A DNA stretch of 41,377 nt from Candidatus Moraniibacteriota bacterium (GTDB lineage Bacteria; Patescibacteriota; Minisyncoccia; Moranbacterales; UBA1568), in assembly GCA_030648835.1 (NCBI GenBank), contig JAUSGT010000002.1, positions 266,081 to 307,457 of the forward strand, read 5' to 3'. Shown piece after piece: positions 1 through 9,985 of the stretch. Under the pieces are notes generated by a model that did not search any database, had not been told where the DNA came from, and saw only the letters and a program-made list of their open reading frames with translations. The translations under genes were made by a program, and so were the position numbers. The first letter of the stretch is position 1. The number at the start of each line of letters is the position of its first letter.

Positions 1-1401
1 GAACTGGCGAGTATTTTTCATTTTCCGATTTCTACCACGGAGACGCCGAAAATCAAGTGGTTGAAGGCTGGCGCGGCTCCGCCACCGGTGAATGTCCCAC
101 AGGAGGGGATTCTCCTCGGATACAATGATTATCGCGGTGTGAAAACGGATATCCGTATCACCGACAATGATCGGCGGCGCCATATGTATGTCATCGGTCA
201 GACGGGAGTGGGCAAGTCGGTGTATTTGCAGGAGATGGCGAAAAAGGACGCTATTTCAGGCAAGGGTTTCTGTTTTATCGATCCTCACGGTGATGCTATC
301 GAGGATATCTTGGCCGTTATTCCCAAAGAAAGAGCCGAAGACGTGATTTTGTTCGACCCATCGGATACGGAGCGTCCGATCGGACTCAATATGCTTGAGT
401 ACGATCCGGCTCATCCGGAGCAGAAAACTTTCGTCATCAACGAGATGATCGGCATTTTTGATCAATTGTATGATTTGAAAGCGACTGGTGGGCCGATGTT
501 CGAGCAGTATATGCGGAACGCCATGCTCCTCATCATGGAGGATCCGGACAGCGGTTCGACCTTGATGGAAATTTCCAAAGTGCTGGCGGACGAGGATTTT
601 CGGAAGTATAAGCTTTCCAAATGCAAGAATCCGATTGCCTATGATTTCTGGACGAAGGAAGCGGAAAAGGCCGGTGGTGAAGCGGCGTTGGCCAATATGG
701 TACCGTATATTACTTCCAAGCTGACTACCTTCATCTCAAACGATATGATGCGACCGATCATCGCCCAGCAGAAGAGCACGCTCAACTTCCGGGAGATTAT
801 GGACAATAACAAAATTCTTCTGGTGAATTTGGCAAAAGGCAAGATCGGAGAAATCAACGCGCGGCTTCTGGGTATGGTGGTGGTGGGGAAGATTCTCATG
901 GCGGCGCTTTCCCGTGTCGACACGCCGGAGGATGAGCGCAAGGATTTTTATCTCTACATGGACGAATTTCAGAATGTTACCACCAACTCCATCGCGCAAA
1001 TTCTTTCGGAAGCCCGCAAATATCGTCTCATTCTCATCATCGCGCATCAGTTCATCGCCCAGCTGAAGGAAGAGATTTCCAAAGCGGTCTTCGGCAACGT
1101 CGGTTCGCTGGTGTCGTTTCGGGTCGGGTCGGAAGACGCGGAATTTTTGGAAAAGCAGTTTCAACCGGTGTTTACGGCGCGCGATCTTATCAATGTGGAC
1201 AATCGCAATTGTTTTGTGCGGCTTCTCATGAACAATGAGCTGACCAAGCCATTCAATATGAAACCGTACGCGCCGACGCATGGCGATCAGGAGGTCGCCA
1301 ATGCCTTGAAGGAACTTTCTCGTCTGCGTTATGGTCGTGATGCCACCATTGTCAACCGCGAAATCATGAGTCGGATAAAGCTGGCGGAAAAACCGGCATA
1401 G
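1..1401 (+). CDS. TraG/TraD/VirD4-like (HerA/FtsK superfamily) P-loop ATPase, 5'-truncated by the window edge
   Basis: Frame is open from base 1. Walker A GQTGVGKS, IDPHGD motif, Walker B LYMDEFQ and SEARKY motif are typical of coupling-protein-like ATPases. Confidence 0.85.
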   Translation, partial: ELASIFHFPISTTETPKIKWLKAGAAPPPVNVPQEGILLGYNDYRGVKTDIRITDNDRRRHMYVIGQTGVGKSVYLQEMAKKDAISGKGFCFIDPHGDAIEDILAVIPKERAEDVILFDPSDTERPIGLNMLEYDPAHPEQKTFVINEMIGIFDQLYDLKATGGPMFEQYMRNAMLLIMEDPDSGSTLMEISKVLADEDFRKYKLSKCKNPIAYDFWTKEAEKAGGEAALANMVPYITSKLTTFISNDMMRPIIAQQKSTLNFREIMDNNKILLVNLAKGKIGEINARLLGMVVVGKILMAALSRVDTPEDERKDFYLYMDEFQNVTTNSIAQILSEARKYRLILIIAHQFIAQLKEEISKAVFGNVGSLVSFRVGSEDAEFLEKQFQPVFTARDLINVDNRNCFVRLLMNNELTKPFNMKPYAPTHGDQEVANALKELSRLRYGRDATIVNREIMSRIKLAEKPA

Positions 1402-1495
1402 AAGAAGCCCCTGTCGGGTGGGTAGGTAAGTAGGCATTTAGAATGAGGAATTATAAAAAAAAAGGCTTGAAAAAGCCTCTTTTTGTATTGTATCA

Positions 1496-1524
1496 TTGAC
1501 AAAACCATGCAAAAGGAGTATAAT
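1496..1524 (+). promoter_or_regulatory. sigma70 promoter
   Basis: TTGACA-17 bp-TATAAT, exact consensus. Confidence 0.8.
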
Positions 1525-1597
1525 GTCTGGTTAAGAGTTTTAAAAAGCTCAAAACCGCCGTTTTCTCTTGCGCAATGGGAAAAGTCCTTTGAGGGAG

Positions 1598-1828
1598 ATG
1601 AAAGTGAAGAAAGTTATTGTGCCGTTATATTGTGCCATCTTCTTTTTGTTGGCACTCGGCGGGTGCGGAGGGGATGTGTCAGTGTCAGCCGAGCGTTCGC
1701 TTATCGAAAAAAATCAGGGACGGTCATGGGACAATTTGCCTGGCCGTCAGAAGATTTCTTCCAATGTGAGCGAACAAATAAAGTCGGCGGTAGCCAAGAA
1801 AGAAGCAGAAGTGTGGAATCGGCGCTGA
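1598..1828 (+). CDS. small putative lipoprotein
   Basis: GAGGGAG RBS before the ATG at 1598. Basic N-terminus, hydrophobic stretch and LGGC lipobox. Own promoter and terminator. Confidence 0.6.
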   Translation: MKVKKVIVPLYCAIFFLLALGGCGGDVSVSAERSLIEKNQGRSWDNLPGRQKISSNVSEQIKSAVAKKEAEVWNRR

Positions 1829-1844
1829 CAGAGTCAGTCGCCGC

Positions 1845-1877
1845 AGCAGGAGTCTCCCCGGACCCTGCTTTTTTTTG
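1845..1877 (+). terminator. intrinsic terminator
   Basis: agcaggagtc/gaccctgct hairpin followed by a T tract. Confidence 0.6.
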
Positions 1878-1884
1878 AAAAAAT

Positions 1885-4353
1885 CTATTCCTTTTTATCT
1901 ATTTTGAAAGAAAGGAGCGCGTTGGAAGTCGTGACAAGAATTTCACCGCTTGTTTCGTTGACGGTGATAGTTTTCGTGGTAGCCAGTTGTTCGGAAAAGT
2001 ATTGCGTGAGAAGTGTGCCATCTTGGTTCCAGACGAGGACACGTTTGTTTGTCGCGTCGAGAGCGTAAACATTGGCCAATCCAGGATGGGTGAAGAGAGC
2101 GGTTACGGAAAGAGCGTTATGTGGAGTCTCGAGATTCTTTGCAAGATGTCCGCGAGAAAAAGCTTGGACGGATGTGTTGTCCGGTGTCAGGAAAATAGTA
2201 TCGCTGACAGCCATTTTGGGGGAGTTTTTAAATACGATGTTGTCTTTTATCCAGGGGCTACCTTGGCCAAAACCGCCCTCGGCACGAGGGAAGCGATAGA
2301 TTTGATTGGTAGTGGCGTCCAGGACATAGAGGTAGGTGAGATAGGCGCCAATGTCTTTGACGACAGCCCCCGTGGGGAGGGTGAGAGTATTTTTGACAAA
2401 CGTTCGACTGATAGGGCTCCAGGCGAAGAGCTCATCGCTCGAGGCATAGATGAAAATGAGACTCAAGTGATCCATTGTGGCAGCCAGTCGCGCGGAACCG
2501 CTTCCCGGCAACGTGTATTGCTTCTTGTCGTTCAGACTGATAATACTCTTCTCAGTGATGAGGTAGGTAACATTATCGAGAACGACGGAAGCAACGAGGG
2601 GATTTTTTTGAGTAGTAAATACCGTCGGTGATGCGAGGAGGTGGGCATTTTTTTCGGTATTGGGAGGGAATACCGGTGTCGCGGGTTGTTGTTTTGGCGC
2701 TTCCGCTACCGGGATGGAATTATTTGAAGACGGGCGTGTCAAGAACCAGATACCGGTAACGAGAAGGACAATGCCGGTGATGCCCCCTATGAGAAGAATT
2801 TGTCGTCTTTGTGGCGATAGGTTTTTTAAGAGGAAAGATACGCGTCTAAAGAGAGCCTGTGTCACCAGGATCCCCCGTTTCCAAAGTAAAGAGAGAAAAT
2901 CAAAACTTTGCCGGGAAATTTTCCGAATGAAAGAAAATATCGTATCGGTGGCATGTATGAAATTTTGAGGAGGAAATTTTTCTGGCGGAACGAATGGCCT
3001 CGGAACGCCATTTTTTCGGTAAAAAGCGTTCAGTTTTTCTTTCATAAAAAGCGGAATATCCGTGTCCGGGAGCGTTTCGGCGGGGAGTGGCGCCTCTGTC
3101 TTTCTTTCTGCCGGGACTGACTCGGATTGCGTCAAAAGTTTGGGAGCCTCTGGTCTCTCATGGAAAATGGGAGTTTCCTCTTTTGTCTGTTGAATTGGCG
3201 TTTCTCGCGGGAATGGCGAAAATTTTCGAAAAGATTTTTTTTGCCACTGTTTGCGCAGAAAGCGAACGGTTTTGCGGGTAGCGGTGCCACCTGCTCTTAC
3301 CAATTCGGCGAAAAAGAGAGAGCCGGATTTTTTCCCTTTACGCAGGAGCTTTCTTTGAGAGGCAAGAAACGAACTCAATCCGTGGAGCATGTTCTGAAGC
3401 GAAAGCTTGATACGCTCGAGACTCTGACTCGTTTCTGTTTTTCCAAGCGTGTCTCCTTGAACATAGATGTGGCCTGTTTTGGAATCGACATACTCTTCCG
3501 GAGCGGACAATCCCCCCTGATTTTCTTTTTGGGGAGAGTCGGTCTTTGAGACTTTCGTTTTCGAGGTAAAGGTTTCTTGACTGAAGACATTTTGGGTAGT
3601 TTCTGAAGATTCTTCTTCCTGTTTTTGTGGTGGTGGCAGGGGCTTGCCTTCTTGGAAATCGATAACGATGGTACCGGCCATATCAAGTTCATTGATGAGT
3701 ACGGTGCGTAAAAATTGTTCGAAGTGGTCTCCATCCATCCGTAAAGCGTTTTTTTTGAGATCTTCTACGGGGAGAAGCTCCAGGAGCTCCGGTGAGGTAA
3801 AAATGATTTTGTCCTGAGGCATGAGGTGTCCGCTCGAGACCTCGACAAATGTTTTGATGGGGTGAGTGTGGGATTCTTCGGAAGCCAAACCGAGGCTTAT
3901 CTCTGTGAGATTGTCATTGCGCAGTAAAAGAATCTCCGCAGAACCTGTGACGGAAAAGTGAAGATTGTTTTTTTCCACTATGCCGAGAGCGCCGTGATAT
4001 TTTCCCAACCAGGCGATATTACCGTCTTTCACAAGTTCGGCCAATGCAAGGTTGACTCTGTGGAGAGCCGCCTCGAAACTTTCGATAGCGTTGCGTCGCG
4101 GATTATTGAAGTATTCTTTTTTGGCGACGGAGGCAAGGAAATTGACGATATACGCCGAGTCTTCGCTCCGCTCGGCAATCTCAAACACGCCTATCAGGGT
4201 GCCGAGCTGGCTTTTGGTGACATTTTCGCCACTGTAGGTGAACACCTTGATGAAAGGCTCGATAGAACGTCCATTTGCCACGAGAATCTCCGCTACGGTT
4301 TTCTCGAGTGGAATAAGTGTCTTGATTTTATCCTGGCGTTTTTTCTCCAACAT
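1885..4353 (-). CDS. large bitopic membrane protein (PP2C-like N-terminal fold, low-complexity linker, TM helix, beta-propeller-like C-terminus)
   Basis: Long ORF, ATG at 4353. TM segment ILLIGGITGIVLLVTGIWFL. Repeated YVLD/YALD blades at the C-terminus. The PP2C-like fold is an inference. Confidence 0.65.
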   Translation of the reverse strand: MLEKKRQDKIKTLIPLEKTVAEILVANGRSIEPFIKVFTYSGENVTKSQLGTLIGVFEIAERSEDSAYIVNFLASVAKKEYFNNPRRNAIESFEAALHRVNLALAELVKDGNIAWLGKYHGALGIVEKNNLHFSVTGSAEILLLRNDNLTEISLGLASEESHTHPIKTFVEVSSGHLMPQDKIIFTSPELLELLPVEDLKKNALRMDGDHFEQFLRTVLINELDMAGTIVIDFQEGKPLPPPQKQEEESSETTQNVFSQETFTSKTKVSKTDSPQKENQGGLSAPEEYVDSKTGHIYVQGDTLGKTETSQSLERIKLSLQNMLHGLSSFLASQRKLLRKGKKSGSLFFAELVRAGGTATRKTVRFLRKQWQKKSFRKFSPFPRETPIQQTKEETPIFHERPEAPKLLTQSESVPAERKTEAPLPAETLPDTDIPLFMKEKLNAFYRKNGVPRPFVPPEKFPPQNFIHATDTIFSFIRKISRQSFDFLSLLWKRGILVTQALFRRVSFLLKNLSPQRRQILLIGGITGIVLLVTGIWFLTRPSSNNSIPVAEAPKQQPATPVFPPNTEKNAHLLASPTVFTTQKNPLVASVVLDNVTYLITEKSIISLNDKKQYTLPGSGSARLAATMDHLSLIFIYASSDELFAWSPISRTFVKNTLTLPTGAVVKDIGAYLTYLYVLDATTNQIYRFPRAEGGFGQGSPWIKDNIVFKNSPKMAVSDTIFLTPDNTSVQAFSRGHLAKNLETPHNALSVTALFTHPGLANVYALDATNKRVLVWNQDGTLLTQYFSEQLATTKTITVNETSGEILVTTSNALLSFKIDKKE

Positions 4354-4519
4354 ACATTTCCAGTATACCACAAAAAAGCTCTTGGGAGAGAGCTTTTTTT
4401 GGCTTTCCGTGAGAGGAGAGTGTCACCAAAAGCCTTTTTGACTTTTTTCACCCTTTTTCGTATACTGCGGGAGGAAAGTATCTCATTTTTGTCTATTCTT
4501 GTAACGCCTGAAAACCCCT

Positions 4520-5125
4520 ATGTCGCTCGTTCTCTTTGATGCGCTGTTTGGATCGAAAGCTCGTGCCCGCCTTATTCGTTTTTTTCTTCTCAACCCGGGG
4601 GCAGAATTCAAAGCCAACGAAGTTTCCGAAAAGACGCTTATTTCAAAGAGAGAAACATCTCGCGAACTCTCCCGCTTGCTCAAAATGAAGATGATCATTT
4701 TACGTACCCGCAAAGGGCGCCGGCATTTTATTGTCAACGAAAGTTTTCCTTTTTACACCGAATTGAAGAGTCTCGTCTCAAAGTTGAATATCCATGCCCA
4801 ATCGCAGGTATTTCGAAAATTGAAAATAGTGGGCGAGGTAAAATTGATTCTCATCAGCGGACTTTTTCTCAATTATCCCAAGAGCAAAGTAGACATGATT
4901 CTTGTGGTGAACAATGTCAATCGAGCGAAACTTCGGCATGCCATAGCTCATCTGGAAGCGGAAGTCGGCAAAGAAATCCGTTTTGTGCTCATGAATAGCG
5001 AGGAGTTGCACTATCGGTTGAATATGCTTGATCGTTTTTTCATTGAATTCCTCGAGGCGCCCTATGAAGAGGCAACCAACAAAATTCCCGAACTGAAACG
5101 TTTTATCGCCGGCCTGAAGAAGTAG
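4520..5125 (+). CDS. winged-helix protein with degenerate nucleotidyltransferase-like C-terminal domain
   Basis: LFGSKARARLIRFF...RELSRL wHTH pattern; ISG...VDMILV resembles a minimal NTase fold. Confidence 0.65.
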   Translation: MSLVLFDALFGSKARARLIRFFLLNPGAEFKANEVSEKTLISKRETSRELSRLLKMKMIILRTRKGRRHFIVNESFPFYTELKSLVSKLNIHAQSQVFRKLKIVGEVKLILISGLFLNYPKSKVDMILVVNNVNRAKLRHAIAHLEAEVGKEIRFVLMNSEELHYRLNMLDRFFIEFLEAPYEEATNKIPELKRFIAGLKK

Positions 5126-5263
5126 TGTTAGAACTTACGCGTTTGGCACATTTCTTTGTTGCGGTCTCCAGTACTCACCGCTGTACCGGGGCGTACAGCT
5201 TGTTTCGTTCTTCGACCGCGTCTCGAACTGTACCCAAACGCGTAAGCTCTAAAAAAAAAGTGT

Positions 5264-6367
5264 ATGGTTTCGTGGATAACAGTCATTCTTTTGTTTATGG
5301 TGGCCGGTCTTGTCTTGTGGCTGGCCTTTTTTTTGCGTGCGGAACGGTCATCCGTGAAGAACACGGAAGGAGAGATGGAAACTATGAGTCGGCGTTTTGA
5401 TGAACAACTACACTCGGTTGCCAATGCTTTCAATCAGCAGCTGACGAATTTTCAGCATACGCTTGATAATCGTTTGGCAGACAACGGAAAACGTCTCGAT
5501 GAGCGTCTTGACGGCGCGGCGCGTTCGTATGCCGATGTGCAGAAAAGTCTCGAGCAAATGCGTCAATCAAGTGACAAGATTCTGGAAGTTGGGAAAGAAG
5601 TGGCATCGCTTCAGGAGATCCTGAAGGCCCCGAAGATCCGCGGTGGTTTTGGAGAGTTGATGCTTCAGGACATTCTTTCACAAATGCTCCCCAAAGAAAA
5701 TTTTGTTTTGCAGTATGCGTTCAAGAGTGGCGAAGTGGTGGATGCCATCATCAAGTTGAAAGGCGGGATGGTGAGTGTCGACTCCAAATTTCCGCTGGAA
5801 AATTTTAAGAGGATTATTGTGGCGAAGACTGATGAAGAAAAGAAGGTGGCGCGCAAGCAATTTTATACCGATGTGAAGAAACACGTGGATGCGATCGCGG
5901 GCAAGTATATCGTTCCGAATGAAGGGACGCTTGATTTCGCGCTGATGTATATTCCGGCGGAGAACGTCTATTACGAGATTATTATCAAGGACGATGACGA
6001 ACAGGGGTTGCTCGACTATTTGACCCGTAAGCGCATTATGCCGGTTTCTCCCAATTCTTTTTATGCCTATATGCGGACGATTCTGTTCGGGTTGCAAGGC
6101 TTACAGATCGAGAAACGCGCCAAAGAGATCATGGGGCAACTGGAGACACTGGCGCGCGAGCATGAAAAATTCGAACGGGAGTTCGACGTTCTTGGCAATC
6201 ACATCGGCAACGCGCAGAAGAAATATGATGATGCCGAGAAACGTCTGTACAAAGTCACTGATCAGCTTGAACACGCGCGTATGGGACTGGGGCAAGGCAG
6301 CACCGAATCCTTGCCGGCTCCCGAAGAAGAACATTCGCCTGTTACGACAACCTATGATTCAAAGTGA
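5264..6367 (+). CDS. rmuC: DNA recombination protein RmuC
   Basis: N-terminal TM helix, coiled coil, [22 protein letters not shown] and VSP motifs. Confidence 0.92.
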   Translation: MVSWITVILLFMVAGLVLWLAFFLRAERSSVKNTEGEMETMSRRFDEQLHSVANAFNQQLTNFQHTLDNRLADNGKRLDERLDGAARSYADVQKSLEQMRQSSDKILEVGKEVASLQEILKAPKIRGGFGELMLQDILSQMLPKENFVLQYAFKSGEVVDAIIKLKGGMVSVDSKFPLENFKRIIVAKTDEEKKVARKQFYTDVKKHVDAIAGKYIVPNEGTLDFALMYIPAENVYYEIIIKDDDEQGLLDYLTRKRIMPVSPNSFYAYMRTILFGLQGLQIEKRAKEIMGQLETLAREHEKFEREFDVLGNHIGNAQKKYDDAEKRLYKVTDQLEHARMGLGQGSTESLPAPEEEHSPVTTTYDSK

Positions 6368-6761
6368 AAAGAGAGATGGAAGCGGTTGGGATATTGATAT
6401 TGTGGAGTCGGGAGAAGGCGTCTCTTTCTTCAGGAATACGATTGTTCGAATACTTCTCTTGGTTAATGTTCTTTTTCTTTGTGCCGGTTTTTTGGTGCTT
6501 GGGTATTTTATCCGACCGTCTGAAAATCTTTTTATACTTCATTATAACGTGTACTTTGGCGTAGAAATCCAGGGTGCCTGGTGGCAGGTATTCATTCTCC
6601 CGTTGGCTGGTGTGCTGTTTTTTTTCAGTCATCTCTTTTTTGCCTGGCGCTTTTATAAGAAATCCGAACGCATCGCCAGCTATCTTATGCTTTTTGGATC
6701 GTGGCTCATCAGTGTCGGTATAGTGGTCGCCAGCGTCGGTATCGCATTTATCAACTACTGA
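6354..6761 (+). CDS. hypothetical membrane protein (LHYNVYFG motif, 3 TM)
   Basis: ATG at 6354 overlaps the end of rmuC; three hydrophobic segments. Confidence 0.7.
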   Translation: MIQSEKRDGSGWDIDIVESGEGVSFFRNTIVRILLLVNVLFLCAGFLVLGYFIRPSENLFILHYNVYFGVEIQGAWWQVFILPLAGVLFFFSHLFFAWRFYKKSERIASYLMLFGSWLISVGIVVASVGIAFINY

Positions 6762-6791
6762 TTTTTCTTAAATTTTTTGATTGAAGGGGAT

Positions 6792-7820
6792 ATGGTGACT
6801 TCACTTTTTCTGACGCCGTTTCTTACCGCGTTTACTCTGACAGCGGGGTTCATCCTCCTGTTTCTTCTCACCCCGCTTTTTCGGCGCGCTCTGTGGCGTT
6901 CCGAAAAGCGGCATGGTTATAAAAAGAACATTTCCCGTTTGGGAGGTGTCGCGATGCTTGGCGCGTTTGTCTTTTCCGTTTTTTTTGATCCGCATCTTGT
7001 TTTAACGCGGGAATTTTATGGTCTGTTGTTTGGGGGAGGATTGATTCTTATTTTCGGTTTGTGGGATGACGTGAGCGAGCTCGGATGGAAAATCCAAGTT
7101 TTTTTTCAAGTAGCGCTTACGGCGCTTATTTTCATCTTTGGAATGCGGATCACAACCATCTCCAATCCCTTCGGAGGCGTATGGCTCCTCCCTTACAGCA
7201 ATTTCGTTATTCCGGGTTTTTGCATTCTTCTCGTATGGGTTTTTTTGGTTATGAATGCGATGAATTGGTTGGATGGTGTCGATGGACTGTGCGGAGGGGT
7301 AACACTCATTACTCTCGTGGCTATCTTTTTTTTAAGTCTCAAACCGGAAGTTTTTCAGCCACCGATTGCGATTCTCTCCGTAATTGGAATAGGCGCTACT
7401 GTTGGGTTCCTCCTTTTCAACATGTACCCGGCGCGTATTTTGGCGGGGACGGTGGGCTCGATGTTTCTGGGGTTTCTTGTCGCGACACTGGCAGTTATTG
7501 CCGGGACGAAGATCGCGACAGCCTTGCTTGTTTTGTCGCTTCCTATCGCGGACGCTCTTTTTGTTGTTTGGCAGCGCCTGCGTGAGGGGGCCTCTATTTT
7601 TCGGCCCGACAGGCGTCATCTACATTACAAACTTTTGGAGCTTGGCTGGTCTGAACGCCGGATTGCCTGGTTTTTCTTTTGCATAACGACTCTTATCGCT
7701 CTGGTTGCCCTGAATACGCAGGCTCTGGGGAAATTCTTTGCTCTTCTCCTCGTACTGGGAATATTGTTTTCTCTCTTGTTTTTTGTAGACTATAAGACAC
7801 GAACAAGGGAAAAAATATGA
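6792..7820 (+). CDS. MraY/WecA-family (glycosyltransferase family 4) polyprenyl-phosphate N-acetylhexosamine-1-phosphate transferase
   Basis: RLGG, GLWDD, NAMNWLDGVDGL, FNMYPARI.G..GS and DRRHLHYKL motifs; multi-TM. Confidence 0.9.
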   Translation: MVTSLFLTPFLTAFTLTAGFILLFLLTPLFRRALWRSEKRHGYKKNISRLGGVAMLGAFVFSVFFDPHLVLTREFYGLLFGGGLILIFGLWDDVSELGWKIQVFFQVALTALIFIFGMRITTISNPFGGVWLLPYSNFVIPGFCILLVWVFLVMNAMNWLDGVDGLCGGVTLITLVAIFFLSLKPEVFQPPIAILSVIGIGATVGFLLFNMYPARILAGTVGSMFLGFLVATLAVIAGTKIATALLVLSLPIADALFVVWQRLREGASIFRPDRRHLHYKLLELGWSERRIAWFFFCITTLIALVALNTQALGKFFALLLVLGILFSLLFFVDYKTRTREKI

Positions 7821-8281
7821 TTCTTTTTTCCGAGCGCAAGGCGTTTCTTGGCAAGCTTGCGGTGGGACTCACAGTAGCTTTTATTTTCAGTAGTATTCTT
7901 TGGAAGTTGGTACCTTCTTTCAAATATGGTGCTATCCCGGCGTCTCTGGAGCTCCGCGGAGACCGTTTTACGCTGGAAGTTGCGGTGACAGAAAAGGAGC
8001 GGGAAAAAGGTTTAGGTGGCAGAGAGAGTCTTTGTACCTCATGCGCGATGTTGTTCGTATTTGAAAAACCCGGGAGATACGCATTTTGGATGAAGGATAT
8101 GCGTTTCCCCATCGACATCGTTTGGCTTTTGAAAGACAGGGTGGTTTTCGTCGCAGGGGAGGTCAGCCCTGATTTTTCCGGTCTTCTCGATCCGGTAGTT
8201 GCCGCCGATCAGGTGGTTGAGCTCAATGCGGGTGTGGCCAAGAATATAAACGTGGGGGAGAAAATACGATTTTTCAAATAG
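7817..8281 (+). CDS. DUF192 domain protein
   Basis: REKGL...MLFVF...FWMKDMRFPIDIVW...VVELNAG. Confidence 0.88.
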   Translation: MILFSERKAFLGKLAVGLTVAFIFSSILWKLVPSFKYGAIPASLELRGDRFTLEVAVTEKEREKGLGGRESLCTSCAMLFVFEKPGRYAFWMKDMRFPIDIVWLLKDRVVFVAGEVSPDFSGLLDPVVAADQVVELNAGVAKNINVGEKIRFFK

Positions 8282-8371
8282 GCTCTGAAAACGATAAAAC
8301 CCCGCCGTTGCGGGGTCTTATTATATATTTTAGTAAAGAAAGAACGGTTCTTCTGTGTTTCGGTTTGGCGT

Positions 8372-8965
8372 CTAGCGATAAGCGCTTACGCGGGCAGAAT
8401 ACTTCTTCAAATTCTGCAATTGTCTGTCATTCAATGTCTTGGATTTTTCGATGCCTTGTTTGATAAGATCTTTGGAAAATTCGATCGATGTTTTACTCGT
8501 TACGGCGCCTCGGAAACTGACATTTTTGCGGAGGTAATCCTCGATGTAAACTTTTTGCTCGGCGGACAAAGACGAGTCGAGATTCTTTTCGAGGTAGTGA
8601 GCGAGTGCGCGGCGCGCCAAGTGCGTTGAACCATTTCCACGTTCAGCTTGCTCGATAAAGGATGTTTCGGTTTCTCGGCTGAGTTCTGGAGTAACTGTAG
8701 TTTCAGCTTTCACCTCTGCCTTCACAACACTTTGCACTGGCTGATTGTTTCCGGTTTGATTTGCGCCGTTGTCATTTCCTTTTGTCTCGAGAAGGGTGTT
8801 TGCACCATCATCAGAGATAGTTTGCGAACGCTGCGAGTATGAGTAAATACCCAGGGCAATCGCGGCGACAATGAACACGCTAACAATGATACGGAGATTT
8901 TCCTGGATCCAGGCCTTTGCTTGATCGGCAGAAGATTCTTCGAAAATAGGGTCTTGCTGTTCCAT
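8372..8965 (-). CDS. hypothetical single-TM protein
   Basis: 197-aa ORF with an AGAGGTGA RBS and an N-terminal TM helix. Confidence 0.75.
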   Translation of the reverse strand: MEQQDPIFEESSADQAKAWIQENLRIIVSVFIVAAIALGIYSYSQRSQTISDDGANTLLETKGNDNGANQTGNNQPVQSVVKAEVKAETTVTPELSRETETSFIEQAERGNGSTHLARRALAHYLEKNLDSSLSAEQKVYIEDYLRKNVSFRGAVTSKTSIEFSKDLIKQGIEKSKTLNDRQLQNLKKYSARVSAYR

Positions 8966-9167
8966 ATGTTCACCTCTCTTTCTAGCTTCGGTTAATTTTG
9001 AAAGTACCGCTTGCGTTGAAGCTCGTCTTGGCTTATCAGGCTATCTTTTTCTGCCACTCATAAGCCATATCGACCCCCTATCTTTTTATACTACGTCTTT
9101 GAAAAATGGCTGTCAACTGGACAAAAGTGGCGATTTTTGGCGTAGTAAAGGGAAATTCTTTGTAAAA

Positions 9168-9332
9168 GAATCAGGAATCGAGAATCAGGAATCAAGAGCA
9201 TCAGAAGATATTTTTTTGTATTTCATTTACTCGAAAATACAAATGAACACTTTTTTCAAATGCAATGGGGGAGAAGCTTTGATAATCTAATGAATTTTTA
9301 TTTATGATTCTCAATTCACAATTCTTGATTCA
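9168..9332. repeat. heptamer (GAATCAG-like) tandem repeats forming an imperfect inverted pair
   Basis: gaatcaggaatcgagaatcaggaatcaaga at about 9168 and tgattctcaattcacaattcttgattc at about 9305. Confidence 0.55.
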
Positions 9333-9377
9333 TAAAAAATAGTTCGCAATTATTTTTTATAGAATTGGTGGAGGGTT

Positions 9378-9492
9378 GACCCTGTCACCTATTTTTGCAG
9401 AAATGTGTGTAAGTTGGACGCGCAAGCCGCAAGGCGACTTCGTCTTACGATTTACAATGACAATTACTTTTACTTGAATAGGTGACGGGGTT
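9378..9492 (+). ncRNA. candidate structured RNA or inverted-repeat element
   Basis: 16-bp closing stem (9378-9393/9477-9492) with G-U pairs on the + strand; internal gtaag/cttac stem and a gcc-GCAA-ggc hairpin. Confidence 0.35.
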
Positions 9493-9510
9493 GACAAATA
9501 TTTTTTCTCC

Positions 9511-9539
9511 TTGGCATTTTACAAAAAAAAGAGTATACT
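9511..9539 (+). promoter_or_regulatory. sigma70 promoter upstream of the small basic peptide
   Basis: TTGGCA-17 bp-TATACT. Confidence 0.55.
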
Positions 9540-9694
9540 GAAAGTGTACAGGAAATTTTTTCTGTATCACGCACAAAGAAAACAAATATTTGTCGTGTGA
9601 AACAAAAAAAATAATCCGCTTCTCTTACTTTCTATTCCATAAACTTATGGAACATGAGAAAAATGAGAAGTAGGTGTAGAAGGAGGTGAATATT

Positions 9695-9775
9695 ATGGCA
9701 GCTAAGAAAAGAAAGGTGGCTAAGAGAAAGAAGGCAGCCCCGAAGAGAAAGAAAGCTACGAAGAAACGAAAGTAG
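9695..9775 (+). CDS. 26-aa Lys/Arg-rich peptide MAAKKRKVAKRKKAAPKRKKATKKRK
   Basis: AAGGAGGTGA SD at 9680-9689, 5 nt before the ATG. Terminator downstream. Not in the ORF track because of its size. Confidence 0.8.
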   Translation: MAAKKRKVAKRKKAAPKRKKATKKRK

Positions 9776-9802
9776 TTTTGCTTTCTTCGGTTCTTTTAGT
9801 TC

Positions 9803-9844
9803 AATAAAACAAAAAATCCCCGTAAATCGGGGTTTTTTGTTTAT
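9803..9844 (+). terminator. intrinsic (bidirectional-looking) terminator
   Basis: aaaaaatccccg-taaat-cggggtttttt hairpin. Confidence 0.75.
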
Positions 9845-9985
9845 CCAGCACCTTCTAGAACATCTCATGGTCTTGCTCGCCTAGACGTCGAGGCTGGCTA
9901 CGGGGATGAATGGAAATATAAATCCGTCCCACAGGGTTTAATACCCTGTGGTGAAGGTGCTGGATTTATGGACAATTCCTCGTTG

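Noticed and set aside
1-1401. Conjugative element implied by the VirD4-like ATPase
   Set aside because: No relaxase, VirB genes or integrase in the window; such ATPases are common chromosomal genes in CPR. Upstream context is not visible.
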